A stretch of DNA of 62,930 nt, the filler included, from Licmophora abbreviata (lineage: Eukaryota), in NCBI GenBank assembly GCA_900291995.1. It is 9 parts of 9 records of this genome, joined end to end, with 100 filler letters (N's around TTAATTAATTAA, not from the genome) between each part and the next. Parts side by side here need not be neighbours in the genome. Positions count along the whole stretch, not along the records: positions 32,384 to 34,373 come from OLMU01004647.1; positions 34,474 to 38,317 come from OLMU01004649.1; positions 38,418 to 44,628 come from OLMU01004650.1; 6 more parts are not named here. One strand, given 5' to 3'. The position numbers and the translations under genes are program-made. The notes under the pieces are model-generated. The model made no database searches. It saw nothing but the letters and a program-made list of their open reading frames with translations, and was not told the DNA's origin. The first letter of the stretch is position 1, and the number at the start of each line of letters is the position of its first letter. Below are positions 32,526 through 42,569 of the stretch, piece after piece.

Positions 32526-34256
32526 ATGATTTGCCCCTCTCTATTCATTTTCTTTTCCTTCGGTGCCGTCCTCCTACTACCGGGCCTTTCTGCCGAGGAT
32601 TTCGATACTCGCCGCAAGATCTTCATGGACAATGTCCTTTCCAATGAAGACCCAGGTCCCGGCGGGGCACCCATTCAAGCATTCAAGGGTGTTCCTATTC
32701 CTCAGAGCTCTATTGACGAACTCCTGCGAGATATCGACACCAACGTTGTTGCAGACTTTGACATTACGGTTCTGATTCGAATTCTGTTTCTGGATGACAC
32801 TTACGAAGATCAGATATTGGCCAACATTACTCATCTGCCCTCGGGAGAACCATTCCCCTACTGGCTCCAAAAAGGGGAAACCACCAGAGTTTACTGGTCA
32901 GAGAACCATCACATCATGTGGATGTCCGCTGAGTGGCTACTCAAAGAACGATACGACATCCAGACAACGAGTCCTACCTTGAGGGAGAGACTCATTCACT
33001 TCCTCAAGGTCAAGAATCAGTACGGCTTTTACGAGTTCTTTTCGACACTGTACCTTCCTTTTACTTTGAATGCCTTGCTGAATCTTGTCGATTTCTGCAG
33101 AGACAACAAGATACGAAATCTCGCCGTCAAAGTTGCGCGGAAATTATTGAAGTCGCAAGTACTGGCTATTGTCAACAGTGAAGGAGTTGCATATCCCGCA
33201 GCTGCACGAAACTCTGTGGATCGGTACATCAATCCCTTTGGTTCCTCTTTCCACTCGATTGTGTGGCTCCTGACCGGGTTGGGTGACGAACCGACGACTA
33301 TTGCTAGGACGGGCGCTCGGGGAGGCGCTTCTCTATTGACCTCCTCCTTAAATGTCACAGGCATCAAATGGAAGAGTAAGATGAACGAAATCGTCGAAAT
33401 CGGACATCCACTACGACAGACAAATGTGGTAAACCAAGAATTGCGACTTCGCGAAGATCGCACACTTGCTCAGTGGTCCTTCGGTGGCTACTTTCATCCA
33501 TTTCTCATCGACGATACCATTTCTTTGTTCGAGGAATTTGAACTATACGATCACCAACAGTTCACTGGTTTGCAATTTGCAGAATTCGTTCCAACTGCTC
33601 TTTTGACACTGACAGCTGACGTTTTGAAAGACCTATCTAGGAGCTCGGTGCTCGTCTACCAACGAGTGGCAATCTATCGAGATGGACCTACATCTCTCAT
33701 GTCAGTTCAGAACTACTTTCCGGGTCAGCTTGGATACGAACAATTCCCGTGGGCGGCGAGTGTCGGAAGGATTGCTGTTTGGACCCAAACAGGTACGGAT
33801 GACGACGACTTGGGTCCCTTGGGGGATCGGATCAGAAATACGCACCTTCCGTACATCAAGCAAGTTGGGAATGTGGCACTCATCATGTATAATCCGGATC
33901 TCCTGTACCGACCTCTCGTGGGAGCTATTGGTATCGACAATTTTGACGTTAAACTGCACTGGCCAGCGGCAGAGTTTGATGAAACAAGGACAAGCCGAAA
34001 CGGACGCTGGGTGCTTGGTAGGCAAGGGAATGCCTACATTGCCGTGGCAACACATTGCGGCAGCACGCTCTGCACCGACGATATGCAGACATGGGCGGTG
34101 GTGGTTGGCACTGATAGCACTTACGGAGATTTTGACGGCTTCGCGAATGTCATTGACAGGTCTATATACAAGGAAGCGCGATTTCCACTAAACTATTTCG
34201 GATTTGTGAGGGTAGGTGACACCATAATCGATAACACATGGCGGGTAAGGCCTTAA
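32526..34256 (+). CDS. Secreted hypothetical protein, possibly with a heparinase II/III-like or lyase-like fold
   Basis: 576-aa intronless ORF with signal peptide (…LLLPGLSA-EDF). Helical N-half with WSENH and GFYEFFSTLY; beta-rich, aromatic-rich C-half. The fold is inferred. Confidence 0.6.
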   Translation: MICPSLFIFFSFGAVLLLPGLSAEDFDTRRKIFMDNVLSNEDPGPGGAPIQAFKGVPIPQSSIDELLRDIDTNVVADFDITVLIRILFLDDTYEDQILANITHLPSGEPFPYWLQKGETTRVYWSENHHIMWMSAEWLLKERYDIQTTSPTLRERLIHFLKVKNQYGFYEFFSTLYLPFTLNALLNLVDFCRDNKIRNLAVKVARKLLKSQVLAIVNSEGVAYPAAARNSVDRYINPFGSSFHSIVWLLTGLGDEPTTIARTGARGGASLLTSSLNVTGIKWKSKMNEIVEIGHPLRQTNVVNQELRLREDRTLAQWSFGGYFHPFLIDDTISLFEEFELYDHQQFTGLQFAEFVPTALLTLTADVLKDLSRSSVLVYQRVAIYRDGPTSLMSVQNYFPGQLGYEQFPWAASVGRIAVWTQTGTDDDDLGPLGDRIRNTHLPYIKQVGNVALIMYNPDLLYRPLVGAIGIDNFDVKLHWPAAEFDETRTSRNGRWVLGRQGNAYIAVATHCGSTLCTDDMQTWAVVVGTDSTYGDFDGFANVIDRSIYKEARFPLNYFGFVRVGDTIIDNTWRVRP

Positions 34257-34373
34257 ATTTTGGAGCTAGACTCACCACGAATCTCCTTGATCGCCAGTTC
34301 CAATGTCGTTGTATTTGGACAAATTTTTATCAGCCCATGACGCTTCAATCGAAGCTTTCCACTCGCGATGTTT

Positions 34374-34473
34374 NNNNNNNNNNNNNNNNNNNNNNNNNNN
34401 NNNNNNNNNNNNNNNNNTTAATTAATTAANNNNNNNNNNNNNNNNNNNNNNNNNNNNNNNNNNNNNNNNNNNN
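34374..34473. other. Artificial scaffold linker
   Basis: N44-TTAATTAATTAA-N44. Confidence 0.98.
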
Positions 34474-34835
34474 AACTGGGCCATGTTGCCTTGAGCATAC
34501 CCCAAGGCCGAGGTGGTCCATGCCCCCGTGACGGCTGCGACGGCCTGCTTGTTTCCTTCCACGATGCCTCCCGCGAGGCAGCAGCCGTTGGAGTACCCCG
34601 AGTTGAATGCTAGTACCAGTCCGGCGGCGATTGCGGCCTTCTTGGAGATATGAACGGGGGCCTTCCTCAGAGACTCACCACCTGAGAATTCTGTATTGAT
34701 TGGAGGACTGACCGATGGCAGTGGTGGCAACGTCTCTGGGGTGTTTTTCACAAGGGCAGGCCCGACGAATTGAGGCTTTTTGGACGCCGAAGCGGACGCG
34801 GCGAGAAGCAGAAGGGCAACCAGGCGACGGAACAT
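34474..34835 (-). CDS. DUF1275/YoaK-like membrane protein, 5' part, truncated by gap
   Basis: Signal peptide, then GLVLAFNSGYSNG...AVAAVTGAWT, resembling the first helices of DUF1275 proteins. Confidence 0.6.
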
Positions 34836-35354
34836 CTTTACTGCTGCGTTTTCGGCTCGTTAGTCTGAGTTCTGCTACCGGTAAGGGAAACAGTAAGATC
34901 AGCACAGAGTTATGAACTGCGTGCACTCACTGTTTGTTTTCATTTTGTTGATGATGTAGCTCTCTGTCTCAATTTCAATTTCAACTTTGAAGTTCAACCT
35001 CAAGTCGTGGCATGCCAATGCCACCTCCAGGTTCTCACCAAGCACCCAACGGGTGACAGACAGACGCTTAGGTGGATGCTCGTAGGTCTACCGCTACCGC
35101 TAACTGGCTATAACATATGCGGCACAACAGGGCAATGTCGTCACAAAACCCTTGCAATCATCATCAACTCCCCGACAGTCTATTTCATATGATCCGATTG
35201 TAAATAGTTGCTGCGCCTATCATATATGGAAGTGACAGTAATCAAAAAGAAGTATCCTTCGTGTATCGAAATGGTAGCTCTTGGAGCAGCGCCCAGTCAT
35301 CCTCATCATCTACTTTTACCACCTAGACTCATCCGCCGACTTGCGTTCGTTCCT

Positions 35355-36308
35355 TCATTCGTCTTGGCCCGCTCGTTTGCAAGCATTGACCGTGTTACGC
35401 AACAGCATGGCAATCGTCATGGGGCCAACTCCTCCAGGTACGGGGGTTATCAGACTTGCCAACTCCTTTGCTTCCGTGTAGTCCACATCGCCCACCAATC
35501 GATATCCCTTCTTCGTAGTTGCGTCATCCACACTGTTGATTCCCACGTCAATCACCACACACCCTGGTTTCAACCAGTCCTTCTTCACGAGCAGAGCTTT
35601 CCCGACAGCTGCAATCACAACGTCCGCCTGTTTCACAACACTGGCAGGATCGACTGTCTTGCTGTGCACAATGGTCACCGTCGCATCGCGATGCATCAAC
35701 AGGAGCGCTACTGGCATTCCAACAAGATTGCTCCGTCCGACCACGACGGCTTGTTTTCCTTTCAAATCATAGTTCATCCTATCTAGCAATTCGACACATC
35801 CCTGCGGAGTGCAAGCAATTGGAAAGGGGATATCTTGAAACCCCTTTCTCCAGTCAAAGTCGCGTCCATCAGCATGATGTGTATGGGTGGCAGTGAGTCG
35901 TGCGACATTAAGAGGATGCAGTCCATCGACATCTTTCGAAGGATCCACGGCAGTCAGGATAGTCTGCTCGTGAATGTGTTTGGGAAGCGGCAGCTGTACT
36001 AAAATGCCGTGAACGTCCGTGTTGTTGTTGAGAGACTCGATGGAATTCAGTAGCTCGGTCTGGGTGATATCATCGGGAAAATCATATCCAAAGCTAGCCA
36101 TGCCGATTTCGGCACATGCCTTCTTTTTCATGTTGACGTAGGTCTGAGAATCACGACGAGATCCAACCAGAATGACGGCGAGGCCGGGAATGGTGCTCAT
36201 TGCCTCAATGTCAGTCTTGAGTTCGGCCCGAATCGTGGCGGCGATCGCCTTGCCGTCTATGATGTTGCTGGTAGCAGTGACATCGCCGGAAGTACTACTT
36301 GCAGACAT
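35355..36308 (-). CDS. folD: Bifunctional methylenetetrahydrofolate dehydrogenase/cyclohydrolase (FolD)
   Basis: Motifs IIDGKAIA, PGLAVILVG, YVNMKKKAC, GILVQLPLP, KDVDGLHP, ACTPQG, GRSNLVGMP, VIDVGIN, ITPVPGGVGPMTIAMLLRNT. First ATG is at 36308; the frame stays open upstream. Confidence 0.95.
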   Translation of the reverse strand: MSASSTSGDVTATSNIIDGKAIAATIRAELKTDIEAMSTIPGLAVILVGSRRDSQTYVNMKKKACAEIGMASFGYDFPDDITQTELLNSIESLNNNTDVHGILVQLPLPKHIHEQTILTAVDPSKDVDGLHPLNVARLTATHTHHADGRDFDWRKGFQDIPFPIACTPQGCVELLDRMNYDLKGKQAVVVGRSNLVGMPVALLLMHRDATVTIVHSKTVDPASVVKQADVVIAAVGKALLVKKDWLKPGCVVIDVGINSVDDATTKKGYRLVGDVDYTEAKELASLITPVPGGVGPMTIAMLLRNTVNACKRAGQDE

Positions 36309-37003
36309 TGTGGTGATGATGAGATCACGACGTGGAAGAAGTCTGGTCCTGCGCTGCAATGGTGGTACAAAGGAGGAACAACGCCGTGCAGCGGTTTGTA
36401 AAAAGAAAAGTGCAGTACAGCACGAAATAATGATGCTCCCGTTTGACGAGGAGAGACGAGAAAGGATGGTCGTTGTGAAGGAAATCGGGGCTATCAGAGG
36501 AGGATAGCCAAAAACGATGGTTAAAAGATCAAGAGGGAAGGTGTAGAGCGATGTGTGCAACGTGAGGTCGTGTGGTTGTGTGATGGAAGAGAAACTGAAC
36601 TGCCTTCCTAAAATCTCAGCTTGAAACTTGAAACTGTGACGCACCACCCACACCGCTGTCAAAATTCAAAATTCAAAAAATAAACCGGCGTGCCATTTCG
36701 AATCACGGGTGTGCGAGGATGACGTATTTTGACGGGACTGGAATGTTGCCGAGACAGAAATAGCTCAAACTTCAACTCGGACACGTACACATTCTCATTG
36801 TCGAAGCACGTCGTCGATGGGAAGCAAAGGTCGTTTTAAAGTCTAAAACATCCCGTTGTCCTCGCATCCAACGGTTCGAGAACAAGTCGTGATTTTGCTA
36901 GAGCTAGGCCAAGGTCACCTTGCTGAGAGGGAAAGTCGACTGGAAAGTTGAAACCAAGTACCACAGGACCACAGGTGCAGTAGAAAACATAGCAACAGTA
37001 ACG

Positions 37004-38245
37004 ATGAGACTGACCATTAGCAACCGGACCTGTTTGGCAGCCTGCTGGGCGCTCGCACTCCTGGTCCTCGCTGGAAGAGTCGAAGCAGCGTCCATGGCCT
37101 CTTCCCCAGAGGGTATAGCTTCTTCCTTGTCTCAGAAGCCCCCGCTTCCTCCACAGGCTCAGGTCGACTTGACTGCAAAGAAGGAAACGGCTGTCTTCCA
37201 GCGTCGTCCGTCAGTAGACGACGGAATGCGTTACTCTAGCAACGATTGGCTCCTCAATTTCATTTCCTGGCCCACCAGCTTCATCCTCCGGCGCATCAAG
37301 TTCCACTTGCTCTTCAATCTTGCCGTTTGCCTCACCGTCATATACTTTTACCCAACTCATCCTTCCTTGTCCATACCCATGACGGGTCATTCCCTACTGG
37401 CATCCGCGCTTGGTCTGCTTCTGTCCTACCGAACCAACTCAGCCTACGCTCGCTTCTGGGAAGCCCGTGGTCACTGGACCAAGTCCAAGTCCACGTGTCG
37501 AAACTTGGCCGTCACCCTTGTCCACCACATTGCACCTCACGCTCCGGAAGCAAGCGCGCACTTTCTCGAGCTCCTGGCTGCCTTCCCAGCGGCACTCATG
37601 CACCTCAGCCTCGGCGGTGCTGCTCGACTCCAGCATCACTTGCAAAAGCACATTCCTCTCCCGGAACCGGAAGATGCCTATCATGAGAGTCCCTCGCTGC
37701 CTGCCATACTGTTGTGCCAGGAACTGCACCACGCCATTCACGAAGCTGTCGTCGAATCCAAGACGTCCAGTCGGGACATGTTGGGTACCGTGGAAGCGCT
37801 CCACTTGACCGAAGTCTCGCACATGGTAGATACACTTATGGACTGCATGTCTAGCTGCGAAAAGATATTGCGGACGCCTCTCCCCATGACCTACAGCAGA
37901 CACTTGTCTCGTTTCTTGACGGTATGGATTGGTACTTTGCCCTTTGCTCTGGTCGGAACCCTGACTCGAGGACTGACGTTGACCGTGACCTTTTTGATTG
38001 GCTTTTGCCTTCTTGGAATTGAAGAAGTCAGTCATTTGATCGAAATGCCATTTCTGGGTGATCCCTTGGGCCACGACTCGGATCAAGTTTGGAGCATGGT
38101 CGACGAAGACGGGGAGGCCTCTACTCTGATCAAACGCGGAATCAAGACGCAGCCCTACGATATCGGTATTCCTGTCTGCTCGCTTGCAGCGCAGATTCGC
38201 AAGGAAGTCGAGCGCATTGCGGCTACTGCAGTGGAACGTCATTAG
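37004..38245 (+). CDS. Bestrophin-like anion channel (bacterial/plant VCCN/BST type) with signal peptide
   Basis: Motifs LGLLLSYRTNSAYARFWEARGHW, CEKILRTPLPMTYSRH, LGIEEVSHLIEMPF. Confidence 0.9.
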   Translation: MRLTISNRTCLAACWALALLVLAGRVEAASMASSPEGIASSLSQKPPLPPQAQVDLTAKKETAVFQRRPSVDDGMRYSSNDWLLNFISWPTSFILRRIKFHLLFNLAVCLTVIYFYPTHPSLSIPMTGHSLLASALGLLLSYRTNSAYARFWEARGHWTKSKSTCRNLAVTLVHHIAPHAPEASAHFLELLAAFPAALMHLSLGGAARLQHHLQKHIPLPEPEDAYHESPSLPAILLCQELHHAIHEAVVESKTSSRDMLGTVEALHLTEVSHMVDTLMDCMSSCEKILRTPLPMTYSRHLSRFLTVWIGTLPFALVGTLTRGLTLTVTFLIGFCLLGIEEVSHLIEMPFLGDPLGHDSDQVWSMVDEDGEASTLIKRGIKTQPYDIGIPVCSLAAQIRKEVERIAATAVERH

Positions 38246-38278
38246 CAGAATAGTATGTAGCACTGATAATTGAGTTGT

Positions 38279-38457
38279 CGAAACAAGAAAAACAGTGCTG
38301 TCGCTCTCTAGCAAGGANNNNNNNNNNNNNNNNNNNNNNNNNNNNNNNNNNNNNNNNNNNNTTAATTAATTAANNNNNNNNNNNNNNNNNNNNNNNNNNN
38401 NNNNNNNNNNNNNNNNNCGAAACAAGAAAAAACAGTGCTGTCGCTCTCTAGCAAGGA
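38279..38457 (+). repeat. 39/40-nt direct duplication on either side of linker 38318-38417 (unmerged contig overlap)
   Basis: CGAAACAAG(A5)CAGTGCTGTCGCTCTCTAGCAAGGA at 38279-38317 versus the same sequence with A6 at 38418-38457. Confidence 0.92.
38318..38417. other. Artificial scaffold linker
   Basis: N44-TTAATTAATTAA-N44. Confidence 0.98.
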
Positions 38458-38710
38458 TCATAAGCTGAACTAGTTCTTATTCTGCTACATGTCCATTAGA
38501 ATCTTTGCTCTCGACACAGTTGTGCTAGGCCTGAGACGTTGAAGTTACCCTGGTGCAGCTATTACAGCTGCTAAGAGGTCGTCTGTGCGATGGGGGCAGA
38601 CATCGCCGCTCTCAGGTGGAGTCAGTCTGTCCACCGTCACCCGTAAACTCTTCGAAACAAAACTCGAAGACGTTTCACAGTTCGTTCATGCTGACCATGA
38701 GAAAAACAAA

Positions 38711-40264
38711 ATGTTCCGCCGCAGCTGCTCCCTGTTTCTCTCTGCAGTCGCTTCCCGCCGTTCTGCACGACGCAGCAGTACGCGTTTTCTCACAGCATCA
38801 GCAGACCACGACGTGTTGATCGTGGGAGGAGGCGTCGTGGGCGCTTCGCTGGCTCGACTTTTGAACGAACGCATGAGTCAGCTATCAGTCGGGATACTGG
38901 AGCGACAACGAGGGCCAGCCAGCGGTGGTACTTTTACTAGGCCTACTGGGAGTACTGACAAGAGAAAGAGCAACAGCAGCGACCCAGAGTCTCCGAGACC
39001 ACCGCATCCCAGGGCCTATGCCTTGTCCCCCAAGTCTCTCAAGACCCTTGGAAGCTGCGTGACTAGCGTAGTCCCAAAAGGCATGTACACGTCCATGCAA
39101 GTTTGGGAAGAGCAGTCTCCCTCGTTGCTGGTGTTCAGCGAGAAAGACATTGTCGATAACAGTGATAGCTCAGACTTTGGACTCGGATGTGTCGTGGAAG
39201 ACGAGGCTCTTGTCCAGGCCCTTTGGAACGAACTCGAGCAAAGCAACAACTCGACAAAGCTGTATCGACAGGCACAGTTGCAAGATATAAAAGTCGATGA
39301 CCACGATGGCATGGTGCGAGTAAACGTGACACACGAAGGAACAAACAAATCATTAGCAGCATCTCAAACCGAACTATCAACAAGAGTACTCGTCGCCGCG
39401 GATGGAGCCAATTCCTTGGTCCGGACGCACCTTGGCATTCCCTTTGACGGATTCGACTATCCCCGCACGGCTCTCACGTGCACACTGCGGTTGAACGCCA
39501 ATGCGAAGATGCCTCCTCGCGCATTTCAACGGTTCCTCCCGTATGGTCCCATGGCGCTGCTTCCGACGTTTGATTCCAACTATGCCACTGTCGTTTGGAG
39601 TACGACGCATGAACAGGCCAAGTTTTACAAGGAAACTGCGGAGGAAGACTTGTTGGTGGAAATGATCAATAGGACATTGCAGCAAGGGCCGCAGCGTGTG
39701 CCGTCCTTGTTTCGTAGTGACGACAATGCTGCATCCAATGTATTCTCGAATCTCGCGTACGGTGCCGATAAGGTACTCGAAACACTGCACTACGGTCTCA
39801 CCATGGCTCATTGGAGTGATTACGAGGAGAGCTTTGTCGCACCGCCGGCAGTACAAGCCGTTGTCGGAGATAAATTCACCTTTCCTCTACAGTGTCGACA
39901 TGTCGCCGACTATGCTTATGGGAACAACAATCAAATTATCCTCGTCGGAGACGCGGCACATACGGTGCACCCCATGGCAGGACAAGGCTTGAATCTCGGT
40001 TTGGGTGACGTGGCTGCATTGATCGATGCCCTGGACCACGCGCACAGCAGTGGCATGGCACTCACCACCTTTCTCAAATCCAACTATGCGACACCACAAC
40101 ATCGAGTCAATAGAGTAGCACAACAGGGTATTCATGCCCTGCACGAAGCATTTGGAAATCGTACGGGTTATATGATGCACTCGAAGAGTTTGGGAATGCA
40201 TGCAGCCAACATGATTGGACCGATTCGACGACAACTTGCGGCTGTGGCAACGGGAACAATGTAG
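38711..40264 (+). CDS. COQ6: Ubiquinone biosynthesis FAD monooxygenase COQ6, mitochondrial
   Basis: Arg/Ser-rich presequence MFRRSCSLF. Motifs DVLIVGGGVVG, LVAADGANS, AFQRFLPYGPMALLP, VGDAAHTVHPMAGQGLNLG. Confidence 0.88.
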   Translation: MFRRSCSLFLSAVASRRSARRSSTRFLTASADHDVLIVGGGVVGASLARLLNERMSQLSVGILERQRGPASGGTFTRPTGSTDKRKSNSSDPESPRPPHPRAYALSPKSLKTLGSCVTSVVPKGMYTSMQVWEEQSPSLLVFSEKDIVDNSDSSDFGLGCVVEDEALVQALWNELEQSNNSTKLYRQAQLQDIKVDDHDGMVRVNVTHEGTNKSLAASQTELSTRVLVAADGANSLVRTHLGIPFDGFDYPRTALTCTLRLNANAKMPPRAFQRFLPYGPMALLPTFDSNYATVVWSTTHEQAKFYKETAEEDLLVEMINRTLQQGPQRVPSLFRSDDNAASNVFSNLAYGADKVLETLHYGLTMAHWSDYEESFVAPPAVQAVVGDKFTFPLQCRHVADYAYGNNNQIILVGDAAHTVHPMAGQGLNLGLGDVAALIDALDHAHSSGMALTTFLKSNYATPQHRVNRVAQQGIHALHEAFGNRTGYMMHSKSLGMHAANMIGPIRRQLAAVATGTM

Positions 40265-40310
40265 GCAGCCAATAATAGCAACTACTTGTAGCTAGAAGCC
40301 GTTACACCCA

Positions 40311-41573
40311 TCATCGACTCGATATTATTTGTAGTGCTGTGCCGTTGGTCGTATTGCTCATCCATTTTGCCGAGACGCGTCTCATTATTTCTGGTGTCAC
40401 ATAGTGACAAATCAAAAGTGTCTCATCGCACCTCTCTTTCGTCAATCCACAAAGCTGCCCAACGGGTGAAAACTCATTGTTCGGCAAGTTGCGATAGAAA
40501 TACTGCAACGACTCGTTGGCGTACAGCGGATGCATCCTCGCAGTGTTGTTACTCGTGGGGGCAGCGCCTTGCCACAGCACCTCAGACAAGTAATAGTACT
40601 CCACCACATGACCCAGAAGCCAATCGCTGTGATAACAGTTTGGATAGTGTTGAAACATAGCGTTGATGAATTCGTACATGAACATGCCTTCCTGGAAGCG
40701 CGGTCGTTCGAGAATGAGGTTCTCTTGAATGCGGGCGCAAACGTCTTGTTGGAATCGAGTTGTTGTTGTCGTTGTTGTCGTCGTATTGCAATAGATAGGT
40801 TGCAAAAGACGTTCGATAGCGCCTTTGGACCACATGGTTCCGGACCCTCCAAAGGGCGAAAAGCGGTACCACGGCAGTTTCTGGAGTATCGTCAAACACC
40901 CCGCCCATACCATCGCAATCGATGAATCAACTGCCCGCATGTGCTTCACAAACATATCCATCTGAATCATGGTATCATCGTCAATGATCAATAGGTAATC
41001 AGGAAGCGGCAATTGTTGCTGCTGGTAGAGTCTCCCAATCTTGGCAATTCCACTGCCCGGTCGCACTTGAGCACAGAGCCAGCCGGGTGGATTGCCCTTG
41101 CGCAAGACGAACCTGGCGGGAAAGTACTTGTACTGCGAAAGAAATGGCGTTGTAGAATGTAAGTCGCGACACGTTTGTACGTGCGTTTGTACATTTGCAT
41201 TTGTGGTGTTGTAGGCACAGGAGGGTCGATCATCGTCGAGTTCTGTGGCATTGACAAAAAAGCGGATGCTATAGTGCGACCCCCAAGACTCTTGCTGTGC
41301 TCGAAGGTAGTCGAGTCGACTCTGCGAGCCAATGCTGAGAACATCAATCGTCATGGGACGTTTCGGTCGTGCTGCTGCTGTTGTTGAGACTATTTCACTT
41401 TTCTTTCCTCCATCTCTAGAGACTACATACCGCAAATACGCGTCCGTGATGGGCATGCCCCATCGAAGGAATTGAACCAATGACAGCATGGGCAGCGCCA
41501 GAAGCGCAAGCAAGATCGATCGATTCCATTTTTTCGACTTCCGAGGCTGATTCTGGGTAGCACTCTCAGTCAT
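40311..41573 (-). CDS. Type II membrane glycosyltransferase, Fringe/GT31-like
   Basis: Single N-terminal TM helix. Motifs LPDYLLIIDDDT (DxD), PFGGSGTMWSKGAIERL, HSDW, ICHY. Homologous to the C-terminal half of 45934-48264. Confidence 0.75.
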   Translation of the reverse strand: MTESATQNQPRKSKKWNRSILLALLALPMLSLVQFLRWGMPITDAYLRYVVSRDGGKKSEIVSTTAAARPKRPMTIDVLSIGSQSRLDYLRAQQESWGSHYSIRFFVNATELDDDRPSCAYNTTNANVQTHVQTCRDLHSTTPFLSQYKYFPARFVLRKGNPPGWLCAQVRPGSGIAKIGRLYQQQQLPLPDYLLIIDDDTMIQMDMFVKHMRAVDSSIAMVWAGCLTILQKLPWYRFSPFGGSGTMWSKGAIERLLQPIYCNTTTTTTTTTRFQQDVCARIQENLILERPRFQEGMFMYEFINAMFQHYPNCYHSDWLLGHVVEYYYLSEVLWQGAAPTSNNTARMHPLYANESLQYFYRNLPNNEFSPVGQLCGLTKERCDETLLICHYVTPEIMRRVSAKWMSNTTNGTALQIISSR

Positions 41574-42569
41574 GGTGTCAATCTGAATGAATGTGTCTCG
41601 GAGAAAAAGACAGTTCCGACGCAGGTCGCATGGTCCACATCTACAAACATCGTCATGAGTCAAGTCAGCATAGGATGACTTGATGACTTTGAGGAAAACC
41701 GATGCCACCGACTACGAGCTCTCAGAGGTTTTACTGTCCATCCTAGCTCCAGCTTTCTTCGAAATGCATGAACAACTATCAAATCCCATATAGTGGAAAA
41801 AACGAGCACTCTTCAGAGAACGTGCTTCTTTATTCGAATATTCCAACACAAATGTCATATTCAAATCTCACTGAACTAGTTGACGGCTAAATAGGTAGCC
41901 AACAATGTCTGAGCGTGACAAAACGGCGCACCTTGACAACGACCTTCGCCGTATCATAAACAATACAAAAAACAAAACACACAAGTCCATATCTTCTCGT
42001 CTGTCTCATCATACATCGGCGCTGCGCCCTGATTCATCGTCAGCCATCATGTCCTCGTCCACTCTGCGGTCCTCATCGTCCGCCGCAGACACGGATACCT
42101 TGTTATCCGGCTTGCGGAGGCCACTGAAGAACCTGAATGTGAATGAACAGCCAGTGTCGTCGTCAAACAACAACAAGGTGCGTATCGCCGCAAGAGACAT
42201 CGCGAACCCTTATTCCTCGTGACAATGTACCGGTACATTGTAACGGTCGGATCTCACAACGGAAATTGTGGCTATATACTTTGGCTGTTTGAATGGAGTG
42301 ACTTATGTATTTGATTTCACACAGTATTCGGTGTTGTATATTGTAATTGCGATTGCCATCTTTCAAGACTCCATTGGCGATCCATTGGAAATTTGGCGCG
42401 CCGGCCGCCGTTTACAAGATTCCTCCCGTAGAACTCTACGCAGTATCGGTCCCCTGTAGACTCCACAGATTCCACGATTGCCAGGTTCGCTCGGCATGTC
42501 ACAGTTTTGTTGCTCACACAAAATTTCGCTTTTTACTTTCCTGTTGTCGGTTTGCTTCATCACATCACT

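Noticed and set aside
36720..36725. TGACGT aureochrome/bZIP-type box between FolD and bestrophin (also at 55864-55869, upstream of NRT2)
   Set aside because: A 6-mer is expected many times by chance in 63 kb, so it is not supportable alone.
37439..38314. Long antisense ORFs (for example 291 aa opposite bestrophin, 231 aa opposite the helicase, and the ORF at 3973-4833)
   Set aside because: These are shadow ORFs of real genes in moderately GC-rich coding DNA, with no recognisable motifs.
40756..40786. (GTT/GTC)n microsatellite
   Set aside because: It is an ordinary poly-Thr tract within the glycosyltransferase CDS.
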